Below are positions 55,266 through 64,000 of a stretch of 64,000 nt of DNA, piece by piece. Under the pieces are notes generated by a model. The model made no database searches. It was given only the letters and a program-made list of their open reading frames with translations, and was not told the DNA's origin. This stretch comes from a bacterium. GTDB taxonomy: Bacteria; Desulfobacterota; DSWW01. The stretch covers positions 128,001 to 192,000 of the forward strand of contig JBFLZG010000002.1 in NCBI GenBank assembly GCA_040756235.1, given 5' to 3'. Position 1 is the first letter of the stretch. Each line of letters begins with the position of its first letter. The position numbers and the translations under genes were made by a program.

Positions 55266-55964
55266 ATGTCCATAAAAGACTGGCCCATAGAGGAGCGGCC
55301 CGTAGAGAAGCTCCAAAAGTGGGGTCCTCAGTATCTGTCCGACGCCGAGTTGCTGGCCATTCTTCTTTCGACCGGATCGGCTCATGGGGAGATCTCGGCC
55401 GTAGCTTGTTGCCGGTTGATCCTGAAGAGTTATTCCAGCCTGAGGGAGCTTGGGAAAGCGACATCGAACGAGTTGTGTCAGTTCCCCGGCATCGGGCTGG
55501 TGAAATCGGCAAGGATCCAGGCAGCGTTCGAGCTGGCCAAAAGGTCGTCTGCGGAAAAGATGTGCAAAGGATCTAGGTATCAGAAAAGCCAGGAGGTATT
55601 CGATTCTTTTGCGGCGGGTCTCAGGGATGAAAACAGAGAGGTCTTCCTGGTCTTGCTCATGGACAGCAAGAACCGATTGATACGGGAGGAGCGTATTTCT
55701 TTGGGTTCGCTGACCTGCTCGATCGTGCATCCGAGGGAGGTGTACAACCCCGCGATACGGGCTTGTGCCGCATCGGTGCTATTCGTCCATAATCATCCAA
55801 GTGGAGATCCCGCACCGAGTGAGGAAGATCGGCAATTGACCAGGAGATTGGTGGATGCGGGTGGGCTGTTGGGGATCCGCGTCCTGGATCACGTGATCAT
55901 TGGCCACGAGACATATTACAGCTTCTACGATCAAGGCCATCTACGACGAGACCCTGCCATGTAA
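55266..55964 (+). CDS. radC: RadC (JAB domain) protein
   Basis: ERPVEKL, LSDAELLAILL, HhH GIG, VHPREV, HNHPSGD...S..D and LDHVII. Confidence 0.95.
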   Translation: MSIKDWPIEERPVEKLQKWGPQYLSDAELLAILLSTGSAHGEISAVACCRLILKSYSSLRELGKATSNELCQFPGIGLVKSARIQAAFELAKRSSAEKMCKGSRYQKSQEVFDSFAAGLRDENREVFLVLLMDSKNRLIREERISLGSLTCSIVHPREVYNPAIRACAASVLFVHNHPSGDPAPSEEDRQLTRRLVDAGGLLGIRVLDHVIIGHETYYSFYDQGHLRRDPAM

Positions 55965-56015
55965 AAAAAGGCAATACCAACGACGACCGTAAGTAAAGCG
56001 GCGGATCGGTCTTAC

Positions 56016-56444
56016 TTAGAAGGGGATGTCATCTTCCGGTGTCACTGGGCCGGACCCGCTCATCGAATCCGCTTCGACGGGAGGCGCGAAAGACGAATCG
56101 GCAGACGCTTCTCCCGCCCGTCCCAGCATGACCATGTTGTTTGCTACAATTTCTGTAGTGGATCTCTTGTTGCCTTCCTTGTCTTCCCATGAGCGGGTCT
56201 GCAGTCTTCCCTCCACGTACACCTGTTTTCCCTTGCTCAAATACTGACTGCATATGTCGGCCAATTTTCCGAAGGCGATGATCTTGTGCCATTCGGTCTT
56301 GGTCTCTTTTTGTCCATCCTTGGTGTTGCGGATTTCGTTAGTAGCGAGGGAGAAGCTGGCAATAGGTGCTCCAGCCGCCGTATAGCGCACTTCCGGATCC
56401 CTTCCCAGGTTTCCCACCAGAATGACTTTGTTTACACTTCCCAC
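56016..56444 (-). CDS. ssb: Single-stranded DNA-binding protein
   Basis: [27 protein letters not shown] and C-terminal DDIPF; GTG after GGAGGA. Confidence 0.97.
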   Translation of the reverse strand: MGSVNKVILVGNLGRDPEVRYTAAGAPIASFSLATNEIRNTKDGQKETKTEWHKIIAFGKLADICSQYLSKGKQVYVEGRLQTRSWEDKEGNKRSTTEIVANNMVMLGRAGEASADSSFAPPVEADSMSGSGPVTPEDDIPF

Positions 56445-56484
56445 CGGATCCTCCAGACTTCGAGGTTGTTGTGCGCGAACCAAA

Positions 56485-57258
56485 CTAGTCGCCCGAGAGA
56501 TCGAAGTCAAATATCTTTTTCGGCTGCCTCGGGTGGGCGAGCCCCTGCTGGTAGAGGTCGAACCGCCCTCCGTTGTACCATAAGTAGGTGCGGGATTCTG
56601 ACCAACTGCCCGGGTTGAGGTAGATCCGCCTTCGATCCCCCTTCGTAAAGACCTGCCATTTCACCACGTGGGAATGGCCTAGGATGACGGCGTCGTTCTC
56701 CTGCAACTTGTCTATTGCATATCGCAGAGAGAAGGATTCCAGATCGCGCTGTTTCTTCTTGGAGGGCCTTCCTCTGGCGATCTTGGCCAGCTTTTGAGCG
56801 ATCCCGTAGGAGAGGTGGTCTCCGAATCCTCGGATGGCCTTCTCCATGGGGGAGCTCCGCAGCACCGATTTCAAGATCTGGTACCCGTAATCCTTCTTGT
56901 TGATCTGATCTCCGTGGCTGGCGAGGATCCGTCGCCCATCCCATTGAAAAAGGGCCTCCTCCTCAAATATAAAAGCACCGATATCCTTGGAGAGGATGTC
57001 TCCGATGATGAAATCGTGATTCCCCTTGAGGTAAAAGATGTCCTTTCCCTGACTTCGCACCTTGAACAGCAGATCGAGCAGTGAGGCATGCTTAGCCACC
57101 AGGATGGCATTGTCTCCGAGCCAGATCTCAAAGAGATCGCCCAGGATGATCAGGCTGTCCATTTCGGGAAGCAGTCGATCGATCAGCGCTTCCAGGCTGA
57201 CGTACACCGGTGAGAAGGGATCTGACAGATGGGCATCGGCTATCCAGAGTGCGCGCAT
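56485..57258 (-). CDS. lpxH: UDP-2,3-diacylglucosamine diphosphatase (LpxH-like)
   Basis: [25 protein letters not shown] and NPGSW. Confidence 0.8.
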   Translation of the reverse strand: MRALWIADAHLSDPFSPVYVSLEALIDRLLPEMDSLIILGDLFEIWLGDNAILVAKHASLLDLLFKVRSQGKDIFYLKGNHDFIIGDILSKDIGAFIFEEEALFQWDGRRILASHGDQINKKDYGYQILKSVLRSSPMEKAIRGFGDHLSYGIAQKLAKIARGRPSKKKQRDLESFSLRYAIDKLQENDAVILGHSHVVKWQVFTKGDRRRIYLNPGSWSESRTYLWYNGGRFDLYQQGLAHPRQPKKIFDFDLSGD

Positions 57259-57410
57259 GCCTCGATACCTTCGCTGAAGGGGTGTGAACCGGAAGCGTCC
57301 ATCCAGCCGGGCATTCGCTTGGCCTCTCTCGAGAAGGTCCGGGGTGATATCCTCAAAGCGCAGGCCGCCCGGACGGTCCTGATGGTGACAGCTTTCGGAT
57401 GGAGGACCAC

Positions 57411-59048
57411 ATGACTCCAGCGAGTCGAGCAACCTGGTTCGTGAGACGGGACATCGACGGATTTTTTGGGCTTGGGCTCGACAACCTGATCCAATTCATC
57501 CTGATCGGGACCCTTTGTCAAGGAGTCCTGGGAATGCCGGCGGAGCTGGTGCTTTCTCGGATCTTCCCCGGAGCGGCCTTGTCCATCCTTTTTGGGAATA
57601 TGTTCTATGCCTGGCAGGCGAGGCGACTGGCGGCCAGGACGGGCAGGGACGATGTGACCGCGCTGCCCTATGGCATCAACACCGTAACGTTGATAGCCTA
57701 CATCTTCTTTATCATGCGGCCGGTCTATCAACAGACCGGAAGTGCCGATCTTGCCTGGAAGGTCGGGCTCCTGGCATGTTTTCTTTCCGGCCTGATCGAG
57801 CTGGCCGGCGCCCTCGTGGCCGAGCGGATCCGGAGATTGACCCCACGTGCAGCCCTGCTCAGTGCCTTGGCCGGCATCGCGATGACCTTCATCTCCATGG
57901 AATTCGTCTTCAGAATCTATCAACAACCATGGATCGCGATGGTCCCCATGGTGATCATCCTGGCGCAGTATTTCTCACAGGCACGATATCCGTTCGGGGT
58001 CCCGGGAGGGCTGCTCGCGGTCTTGGTTGGGAGCGTTCTGTTCTGGGCGGTCGCGCCGCAGAGTGCGCTCCCCCCCGCAATCAACGGAAGCTCAGGGGCT
58101 TTCGCCTTGGCCGCTCCGCGGCTGTCCGCAACGGAGCTGTGGGAGGTGCTGAAGAGCGAGCATCTTCTTCGGCACCTGTCGATCATCGTGCCCATGGGTC
58201 TGCTGAACGTTGTCGGCTCCCTGCAGAACATCGAGAGTGCAGAGGCGAGCGGTGACTCCTACTCCACGGTCACTTCGCTTTCCGTAAACGGTTTGGGGAG
58301 CCTGGCCGCATCGCTCTTCGGAAGCTGTTTTCCGACGACCATCTATATCGGCCACCCGGGCTGGAAGGCCCTCGGCGCTCGCGCGGGCTATTCCACTCTG
58401 AGCGGGGTCTTTGTCACAGTCGTCTGTATCACCGGGACCATGGGATGGGTGATCCGGCACGTGCCGCTGGAGTCCGGGATCGGGATCCTCCTGTGGATCG
58501 GAATCATCATCTGTGCGCAGGCATTCCAGGCGACTCCGAAGCACCATGCACCGGCGGTGGCCTTCGGGTTCTTCCCTTGCCTGGCGGCCTGGGGAGGCAC
58601 GCTGATGGAGAGTGGGCTGCAAGCCGCGGGTTCGAGCTTCCATGCTCTCCAGCAAGGCCCTCAGCCGGCGGGCCTGTTGCCCCTGCACGGCATCCTTTCT
58701 CTGAGCCAGGGATTCCTATTCACCTCCATGATTCTCGCTGCCCTGGCGGTTCAGCTCATCGAGAAGGATTTTCTCAGGGCAGCTCTGTGGGCGTTGGTGG
58801 CCGCGGTATGCGCCTGGTTCGGGTTGATCCATGCCTTCGAGATCACCCCCGGCGGCGTGCTGCCCGCGATCGGATGGGGAACGGCGCGCGGATATGCCCT
58901 GAACTACCTCCTGGTTGCAGCATTTTTTCTAGGGATTCATGCCTCGAGAGCGAGAGGGAAACCGCCGGCTTCCTCCCCGGTCGATTCGAACCAGGATCGC
59001 GCCCTGCCACGCGAGCACGAAGTTCCTGCGGATTCACACCTTGGATAG
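57411..59048 (+). CDS. NCS2-like (xanthine/uracil-type) permease
   Basis: DIDGFFGLGLDNL, TALPYGINT, QNIESAEASGD and FPTTIYIGHPGWK; more than 12 TM segments. Confidence 0.82.
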   Translation: MTPASRATWFVRRDIDGFFGLGLDNLIQFILIGTLCQGVLGMPAELVLSRIFPGAALSILFGNMFYAWQARRLAARTGRDDVTALPYGINTVTLIAYIFFIMRPVYQQTGSADLAWKVGLLACFLSGLIELAGALVAERIRRLTPRAALLSALAGIAMTFISMEFVFRIYQQPWIAMVPMVIILAQYFSQARYPFGVPGGLLAVLVGSVLFWAVAPQSALPPAINGSSGAFALAAPRLSATELWEVLKSEHLLRHLSIIVPMGLLNVVGSLQNIESAEASGDSYSTVTSLSVNGLGSLAASLFGSCFPTTIYIGHPGWKALGARAGYSTLSGVFVTVVCITGTMGWVIRHVPLESGIGILLWIGIIICAQAFQATPKHHAPAVAFGFFPCLAAWGGTLMESGLQAAGSSFHALQQGPQPAGLLPLHGILSLSQGFLFTSMILAALAVQLIEKDFLRAALWALVAAVCAWFGLIHAFEITPGGVLPAIGWGTARGYALNYLLVAAFFLGIHASRARGKPPASSPVDSNQDRALPREHEVPADSHLG

Positions 59049-59579
59049 CGTGACGGCCGTCTGGCGCTGGTATTTCCCTTTGCGATCGGCGTAGGAAGTG
59101 CGGGGTGGGGCTCCTTCTAGGAACACGACCTGGGCGATGCCCTCTCCCGCATAGATGCGAACCGGAAAGGGGGTGAGATTGCAGATCGGAAAGGTCACGT
59201 GCCCCTCCCATTCGGGCTCCAGCGGGGTAATGGTGACAAAGACTCCGCAGCGCGAATAAGTCGATTTGCCGGTGCAGAATCCGAGAACGTTTCGCGGTAT
59301 TCGGAAATACTCCAGGGACCTCGCCAGAATGAAGCCATGGGGCGGCACCATCCAGTCCATGCTCCGTTCCGTGTGGAAGAACGCCTCCCGGAGTTGTTTC
59401 GGATCCACGCACGGAGTTTCGATCGGAGGCTCGAACGACCGGAACTCGTCCGCCAGGCGGAAGTCGTATCCGAAACTGGAGACTCCGTAGGAGATCTTCC
59501 CCTGGGCCACCAAGGAAGGCTCGAACGGATCGATGATCTGGCTCGCTCGCTCTAACAACCAGTTGTCGTTCTTGATCAT
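59034..59579 (-). CDS. dcd: dCTP deaminase
   Basis: ISYGVSSFGYD, EYFRIP, GKSTYSRCG, TPLEPEWEG and GKYQ. Confidence 0.95.
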   Translation of the reverse strand: MIKNDNWLLERASQIIDPFEPSLVAQGKISYGVSSFGYDFRLADEFRSFEPPIETPCVDPKQLREAFFHTERSMDWMVPPHGFILARSLEYFRIPRNVLGFCTGKSTYSRCGVFVTITPLEPEWEGHVTFPICNLTPFPVRIYAGEGIAQVVFLEGAPPRTSYADRKGKYQRQTAVTLSKV

Positions 59580-59794
59580 GGCTGCCTCGATGCAGGCGGA
59601 GAGAGAGAAGCTGCGCCGGTGTACTTTCTTTTGAAGTGGATGACGGGAATGGAATGCTCGATTGCACAGCGGGTCCCACGAGGCGGTCCCCTTCCCTGGG
59701 CTCCACGGGTCTTCTTTGGCCAGGCGACTGTCCGCATCGAGGGGCCGGTCGCCTGGAGCTCGAGGGAAAGAAGGGAAACAACGGAGGTCGGAAC

Positions 59795-60142
59795 ATGAAG
59801 GCGGGTAAGATCGTTGTTCTCATCACCACGGGATCGGAAGAAGAGGCGGAGAGGATCGCGCGAGCCCTCCTCGAGGAGCGCCTGATTGCCTGCGCCAACT
59901 GGATCCCCAAAGTCCGGTCGCTCTACTGGTGGCAGGGCCGGTTGAACGAAGACCAGGAAACGCTCCTTCTGTGCAAGACCCGCGAGTCTCTCTTTTCTCG
60001 ACTGGCAGAAAGGACAAAAGCACTCCACAGCTACGAAGTCCCTGAAATCATCTCGCTGCCCCTGCGGCAGGGTTGGGATCCGTACCTCAGCTGGATCGAA
60101 TCAGAAACCGTGTCGGGCAGCGCCCCGTTTGGGGAATCGTAG
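59795..60142 (+). CDS. cutA: Divalent-cation tolerance protein CutA
   Basis: LIACAN, SLYWWQG, HSYEVPEII and YLSWI; GGAGG RBS. Confidence 0.93.
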   Translation: MKAGKIVVLITTGSEEEAERIARALLEERLIACANWIPKVRSLYWWQGRLNEDQETLLLCKTRESLFSRLAERTKALHSYEVPEIISLPLRQGWDPYLSWIESETVSGSAPFGES

Positions 60143-60160
60143 CTGTCCGGGCCTGGCGGA

Positions 60161-60943
60161 TTACCCATTCGGTTCTTTCTCTGGAGTCCTCGACAACTCC
60201 TGAGAGGATTCTCTGATCTGGCGAACCAGACAGGTCGCCAGTCGCTGCAGTCTTGCGGAGTGGGAGCAAGAGGAACACTCGACAGTGATCCAAGTCCGAG
60301 TGTCCGCCCCCGTGAAGGAGATCCATATCTTCTGGTACGGGAAGAAGCTCCGCAAGATCAGCCCGGGTATCCAGAAAACGGCCAAGACGATGCTTGACAA
60401 CACGAGCCATTCGCGCGTCGAGAAGCTCTCCCGGAAGTGCAGGCCGCAGGCAAGAAAGAGGAGAGACAACCCGAACTCCACGCACGGTAGCGCAAGCAAG
60501 GACGCGGACCCTTTCTTGGCAAAATAGGAGTAAGTGACATGATCGACACGATCGACGTGAAAAGCGTAGAAGCGGTGGAAATTCCTTTCCATCACCTCGA
60601 CCAGAAGGCGGACGACTGCGGCGGTCGGATGTCCTGAGAAAAAAGCATGCTCCGTTCTTCGGGAGGCGGATCGGGTATCCGGCATTTCCCGCCAGCGCGA
60701 CCACTCGCGAAACGCCCGATGCAGACTCAGGACCACGTGAGCGATGAGGGCGCAGGAGAGACCCACGAAGAGAAGAGATCCCGCCTTCTCCAAGGTCGCC
60801 ACCTGGAATCCTTGGGGGTCCCTGTCAGCGATGAAGGTGCAACCCCAGAACAACGGCATGGACAGGACCATTCCCCGAAGGAAAGGATTGGGGGCACGTC
60901 CTGAACGAGCTCCCTGCGGCATGGCCATGGATGGGCTGCTCAC
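60161..60943 (-). CDS. Membrane protein, ResB/Ccs1-like but lacking the periplasmic domain
   Basis: Four hydrophobic segments; YFAKKG followed by a TM and GLILRSFFPYQKIWI echo ResB FAEKG and G.F..F....RIW motifs. Confidence 0.55.
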   Translation of the reverse strand: MSSPSMAMPQGARSGRAPNPFLRGMVLSMPLFWGCTFIADRDPQGFQVATLEKAGSLLFVGLSCALIAHVVLSLHRAFREWSRWREMPDTRSASRRTEHAFFSGHPTAAVVRLLVEVMERNFHRFYAFHVDRVDHVTYSYFAKKGSASLLALPCVEFGLSLLFLACGLHFRESFSTREWLVLSSIVLAVFWIPGLILRSFFPYQKIWISFTGADTRTWITVECSSCSHSARLQRLATCLVRQIRESSQELSRTPEKEPNG

Positions 60944-60964
60944 ACGACGGACACGGAAGGGCGT

Positions 60965-61396
60965 TCACTCCGAGGGGCCGTCAACCAGGCGGATGCTTCT
61001 CAGATCCTTGACCTGGATCTGAAAGGTTCCGTAGGACACCTTGCCCACGAACAGCAACTTGTCTTCGACCAAGAACGACTCCTCCTCTTGGTTCCGGAAC
61101 CGCACCGTCGCTTCCCGTCGCCCCTGGTGGATCTCGCCGAAGTGGACGGCTGCGATCTCATCGAATGGCAGGACGACCAGCCCTCTGCCGCGGTACGCGG
61201 GCAGGTAGAGCTCTCCATCGTAGCTGAAGGAATCGACTTTTGTGGTGATCCCATCGGCGTCTACCAGGACGGCACTCACGGCCTTGGGGGTCTCCGGGAC
61301 ACGCTTCAAGGGCGAAGGCTCACCCATGATCCCCATCGCGGCAAGGAACGGAGTTGAAAGGAACACGGCAACAAGACAGATCCGGCGCCCGATCAT
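60965..61396 (-). CDS. Hypothetical exported beta-rich protein
   Basis: Signal/TM N-terminus; repeated pattern LPFDEIAAVHF / IQVKDLRSIRL; starts 1 bp after the TolC stop. Confidence 0.7.
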   Translation of the reverse strand: MIGRRICLVAVFLSTPFLAAMGIMGEPSPLKRVPETPKAVSAVLVDADGITTKVDSFSYDGELYLPAYRGRGLVVLPFDEIAAVHFGEIHQGRREATVRFRNQEEESFLVEDKLLFVGKVSYGTFQIQVKDLRSIRLVDGPSE

Positions 61397-61397
61397 G

Positions 61398-63200
61398 TCA
61401 TCCTCTCCTCGCGGGTGTCACGTCTTCCAGTCGCACACCTTCGCTCTCCAAGAGGGATCCCTTGGCCTTCTCGAACCGCACCCGGGCCTTCCAATACTCG
61501 ATCATGGATCTCAGATGATTGACCTGAGCGTTTCTCAGGTCCTCCTCCATTTTCAGCAACTGATAGTTTGTCGACAGCCCCAGGGCGAGCTTCTTCTGCT
61601 CGGCCTCGAACTGCTGTCTGGCAAACGACTGGGTGGCATCGGAGGTTCGAACCTTCTCGCGTTCGGTCTGCAGATCCCTCCAGGCCCCTTTCACCTCCAG
61701 AGAGATCTTTTCCTCCACGCTCCTGAGACTCCATAACGACTTGTAGGCGTCCATCTTGGATTGAAGATATTCGCTCTTGGCCGCACGGTTCTCCAGAGGT
61801 ATCTGCAGGCGAACTCCAAAGGTCCACTGGTAGGTCTGGGTGTCGAAGAGCTCCCTGAAGCTTCTCTCGAGGCCGCCATCCAGAGGGCTCTCGCTTCGAG
61901 GCACCTCGAGCAGACCCAGGGCGACCAGGAGCCTCTCCACGTCCGTGAGCTGCGAAAGAGCAAAGAAGTCGGTCGACTCGACCGACGTGCCTCCGAGACC
62001 GTTCAGGCCCAGGACTCCGGTCAGGTCGAGGCTGGGCAGCAGTTGATTCTGCGCCACCTTGATTTGAAGATTCTTGTTTTCGAGATCTTTGCGGGCTGAA
62101 CGGTATTCTGGACGACTTTTCAGGGCGACGTCAACCGCACCCTGCAGATCGATCCGTTCTTCCACAGGCACATCCGGCGGTACGTCCACGGGTGCGATCG
62201 TCACGGAAGAGCGGACGGGCGCCTCATCCCACTGGAGCAGGCCCTTGAGCCGGTCCTGGGCGCCATGCAGCACGGCGTCTGCGTCCAGCAGCTCCTCCTG
62301 GCGCAAGGCAACTCCTGTTTGCGATTGCAGAAGCTCAACGGGAGCCAGTGTTCCGAGATGAACACGCCTCTCGTTCTCCCGCAGCAGCTGCCTGGCCAGG
62401 TCGAGGGAGCTCTGGCGGACACCCCGGGTTTGGAGCGCGAATACGAGATCCCAGTACGCTTGGATCACCTGAGCCACGATATCGGCGGCAAATCCTTTCC
62501 ATTGCTCCTCGCTGATCCAATAGCGGTTCTCCGCCATCCGAATGGGCGCCCTCTGAAACCCGAGGCCGGCATTCTTCAAGAGAGGCTGGGCGACGGAAAA
62601 GCTGAGATGAGAGGAGTAGGAGGGGTTCAGCGTCAAGAACGTGGAGTTGCTCCCAAATCGAACCACGTCCAGCCGCAGGCCGAGCTTCGCCCCGGTTTCC
62701 ACCATCTTCTCCAGGCCGACTTCCGAGGTGATCGTCCGCACTTTCAACAGGTTCGACACGTCCGCTTCGGTGCCCTGAAGTTGGCTGGAAGTCAGCTCGC
62801 TGACATAGTCGTGCAGGTAGGACGAATTCAGCACTGTATCGAACACGCCTTGCGATCGAGTGATCTCGAGCTCGGCGATGCGAGGCGTATAGCCTTCTGC
62901 GCGCATGTCGTAATTGCCCAGAACAGCCAGCCGAACGGCCTCCTTGAGGGTCAGCGGCAAAGCTTCTTCCGGTCCCTCCGTCTTCTCCCGGGCATAGGCG
63001 CGAAAGTCGACGGCTTGCGCCGGGTCCTGCGAGGTCCACTGACCTTCCAGAAGATGAAAAGGATCGGGGAACTTCTCTTCCTCGGATGCACATCGGCCTG
63101 CCGATGGCGGCCACCCCAGAAGAAGAAATAGGAGCGTGACCAGAAGAACACCCGCCTCCCCGCAAAGGGTGGGTCGCGGCTCACTCCGAAGAGGCGCCAT
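61398..63200 (-). CDS. TolC-family outer-membrane protein
   Basis: LTLKEAVRLA, QPLL, VIQAYWDL, QLLPSLDL, GVRLQIPL and KLALGLST; two OEP-like repeats. Confidence 0.9.
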   Translation of the reverse strand: MAPLRSEPRPTLCGEAGVLLVTLLFLLLGWPPSAGRCASEEEKFPDPFHLLEGQWTSQDPAQAVDFRAYAREKTEGPEEALPLTLKEAVRLAVLGNYDMRAEGYTPRIAELEITRSQGVFDTVLNSSYLHDYVSELTSSQLQGTEADVSNLLKVRTITSEVGLEKMVETGAKLGLRLDVVRFGSNSTFLTLNPSYSSHLSFSVAQPLLKNAGLGFQRAPIRMAENRYWISEEQWKGFAADIVAQVIQAYWDLVFALQTRGVRQSSLDLARQLLRENERRVHLGTLAPVELLQSQTGVALRQEELLDADAVLHGAQDRLKGLLQWDEAPVRSSVTIAPVDVPPDVPVEERIDLQGAVDVALKSRPEYRSARKDLENKNLQIKVAQNQLLPSLDLTGVLGLNGLGGTSVESTDFFALSQLTDVERLLVALGLLEVPRSESPLDGGLERSFRELFDTQTYQWTFGVRLQIPLENRAAKSEYLQSKMDAYKSLWSLRSVEEKISLEVKGAWRDLQTEREKVRTSDATQSFARQQFEAEQKKLALGLSTNYQLLKMEEDLRNAQVNHLRSMIEYWKARVRFEKAKGSLLESEGVRLEDVTPARRG

Positions 63201-63260
63201 TGTCGAAACGTCCCTTCCCACTTAGAATATCTTTATCTCAGGGCTGCAAGCCGGAACGGG

Positions 63261-63289
63261 AAGCTAACACAGGTAGTCAGGCGAGTCAA
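63261..63289 (-). promoter_or_regulatory. Putative promoter for the TolC operon
   Basis: Minus strand TTGACT-17 nt-TAGCTT with TG extension. Confidence 0.45.
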
Positions 63290-63339
63290 AGGAAACGAGA
63301 AAGACAGTCTTTCAAGAGAAGCAAGCCGAAGGCGGGCTC

Positions 63340-63837
63340 TTGGACACCCCTCGGTTCGTTGCGGATTGCATGCTCGGGCGGCTGGCCCGCTGGCTGAGGA
63401 TCCTGGGTTGGGACACCTGGTATTTTCGGGAGATCTCTGATGCCGAGCTTCTGGATCTCCACCGGACCTCCGGTCGTGTCCTTCTCACGAGAGATACGCG
63501 GCTCGTCCGCAGCCCTGGAATCGGCGCTGCCGTCTTGATCCGCGATGATCATTGGCAAAATCAGATCCTCGAGGTGCTGAGAGCGCTGGCTTTGAGGATT
63601 GACGCCGGCAGGATCCTGACCCGCTGTGTGGTCTGCAACGGAGTCCTGAGCGGGCTGTCCGCGGATGAGGCCAGAGGAAGAATTCCGGACTACGTATTGG
63701 GTACCCAGACCCGATTCCATGTCTGCTGCCGTTGCCGAAAGATCTACTGGGGGGGTACGCACCGGCGCCATATCCTGAATGCGCTCGAGGGGCTGACCCA
63801 AGAGAAGAAGCGGAGCGGGGAGGGTACGTCCGGTTAG
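63340..63837 (+). CDS. Mut7-C RNase (PIN-like) domain protein
   Basis: FVADCMLGRLARWLRILGWD, LLTRD, RCVVCN and CCRCRKIYWGG.H zinc ribbon. Confidence 0.9.
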   Translation: MDTPRFVADCMLGRLARWLRILGWDTWYFREISDAELLDLHRTSGRVLLTRDTRLVRSPGIGAAVLIRDDHWQNQILEVLRALALRIDAGRILTRCVVCNGVLSGLSADEARGRIPDYVLGTQTRFHVCCRCRKIYWGGTHRRHILNALEGLTQEKKRSGEGTSG

Positions 63838-63850
63838 GAGTCAGGTGACA

Positions 63851-63970
63851 AAAGGCTCCGATACATTTTTTTAATACTGAGGAGTCTTGTAGCCGGCAGC
63901 CGGCGAACGGACAGCGGCCGGTAGTCGAAAACCAGCGCAAATACGGCAGATGCCGTTTTCCGCAGCCTTT
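63851..63970. repeat. MITE-like element with imperfect terminal inverted repeats
   Basis: Left AAAGGCTCCGATACA; right end in reverse complement AAAGGCTGCGGAAAACGGCATCTGCC, similar to 8255 and 26751. Confidence 0.4.
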
Positions 63971-64000
63971 CTGAGGGTGATGCAACATGCGCGTCGTTGC

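Noticed and set aside
55266..56444. radC plus ssb next to rrn as a mobile-element signature
   Set aside because: Full-length chromosomal-type RadC and a canonical SSB; no integrase, att site or other mobile genes
63340..63837. Mut7-C PIN protein as a toxin-antitoxin or defence system
   Set aside because: No adjacent antitoxin or ubiquitin-like partner visible; stand-alone Mut7-C genes are common

Overview
GC-rich core-chromosome segment of a Gram-negative, deltaproteobacterial-type (Desulfobacterota/Myxococcota-like) bacterium. The taxonomic call is inferred from gene order and 16S features. Contents in order: lgt-hisG; a peptidoglycan-recycling cluster (LD-carboxypeptidase, serine hydrolase, mpl); a stand-alone rplC divergent from rlmE; leuCDB-truA; rplM-rpsI; kdsBADC-lpxL-lptCAB-rpoN-hpf-ptsN-rapZ-EIIA-HPr-EI; ahcY-mobB-mobA-mtnP-pfkB-rodZ-recO-glyQS-ppdK; smc-ftsY-zapB-zapA-rny-ymdB; a complete rRNA operon (16S, tRNA-Ile, tRNA-Ala, 23S, 5S); radC, ssb, lpxH, an NCS2-like permease, dcd, cutA, a TolC-led three-gene operon and a Mut7-C protein. 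No transposase, phage, CRISPR or defence system is visible. The best leads are (1) a TolC + exported protein + 'mini-ResB' operon, (2) an orphan L3 gene with its own promoter and a remodelled PTC-proximal loop, (3) an orphan gene behind a consensus sigma-54 promoter with candidate enhancer sites, (4) degenerate copies of a MITE-like intergenic repeat, (5) a ~530-nt unexplained spacer in the usual 6S RNA slot, and (6) an NrdR-box-like site upstream of smc. All calls come from reading motifs by eye; no database searches were run and many start codons are best guesses.
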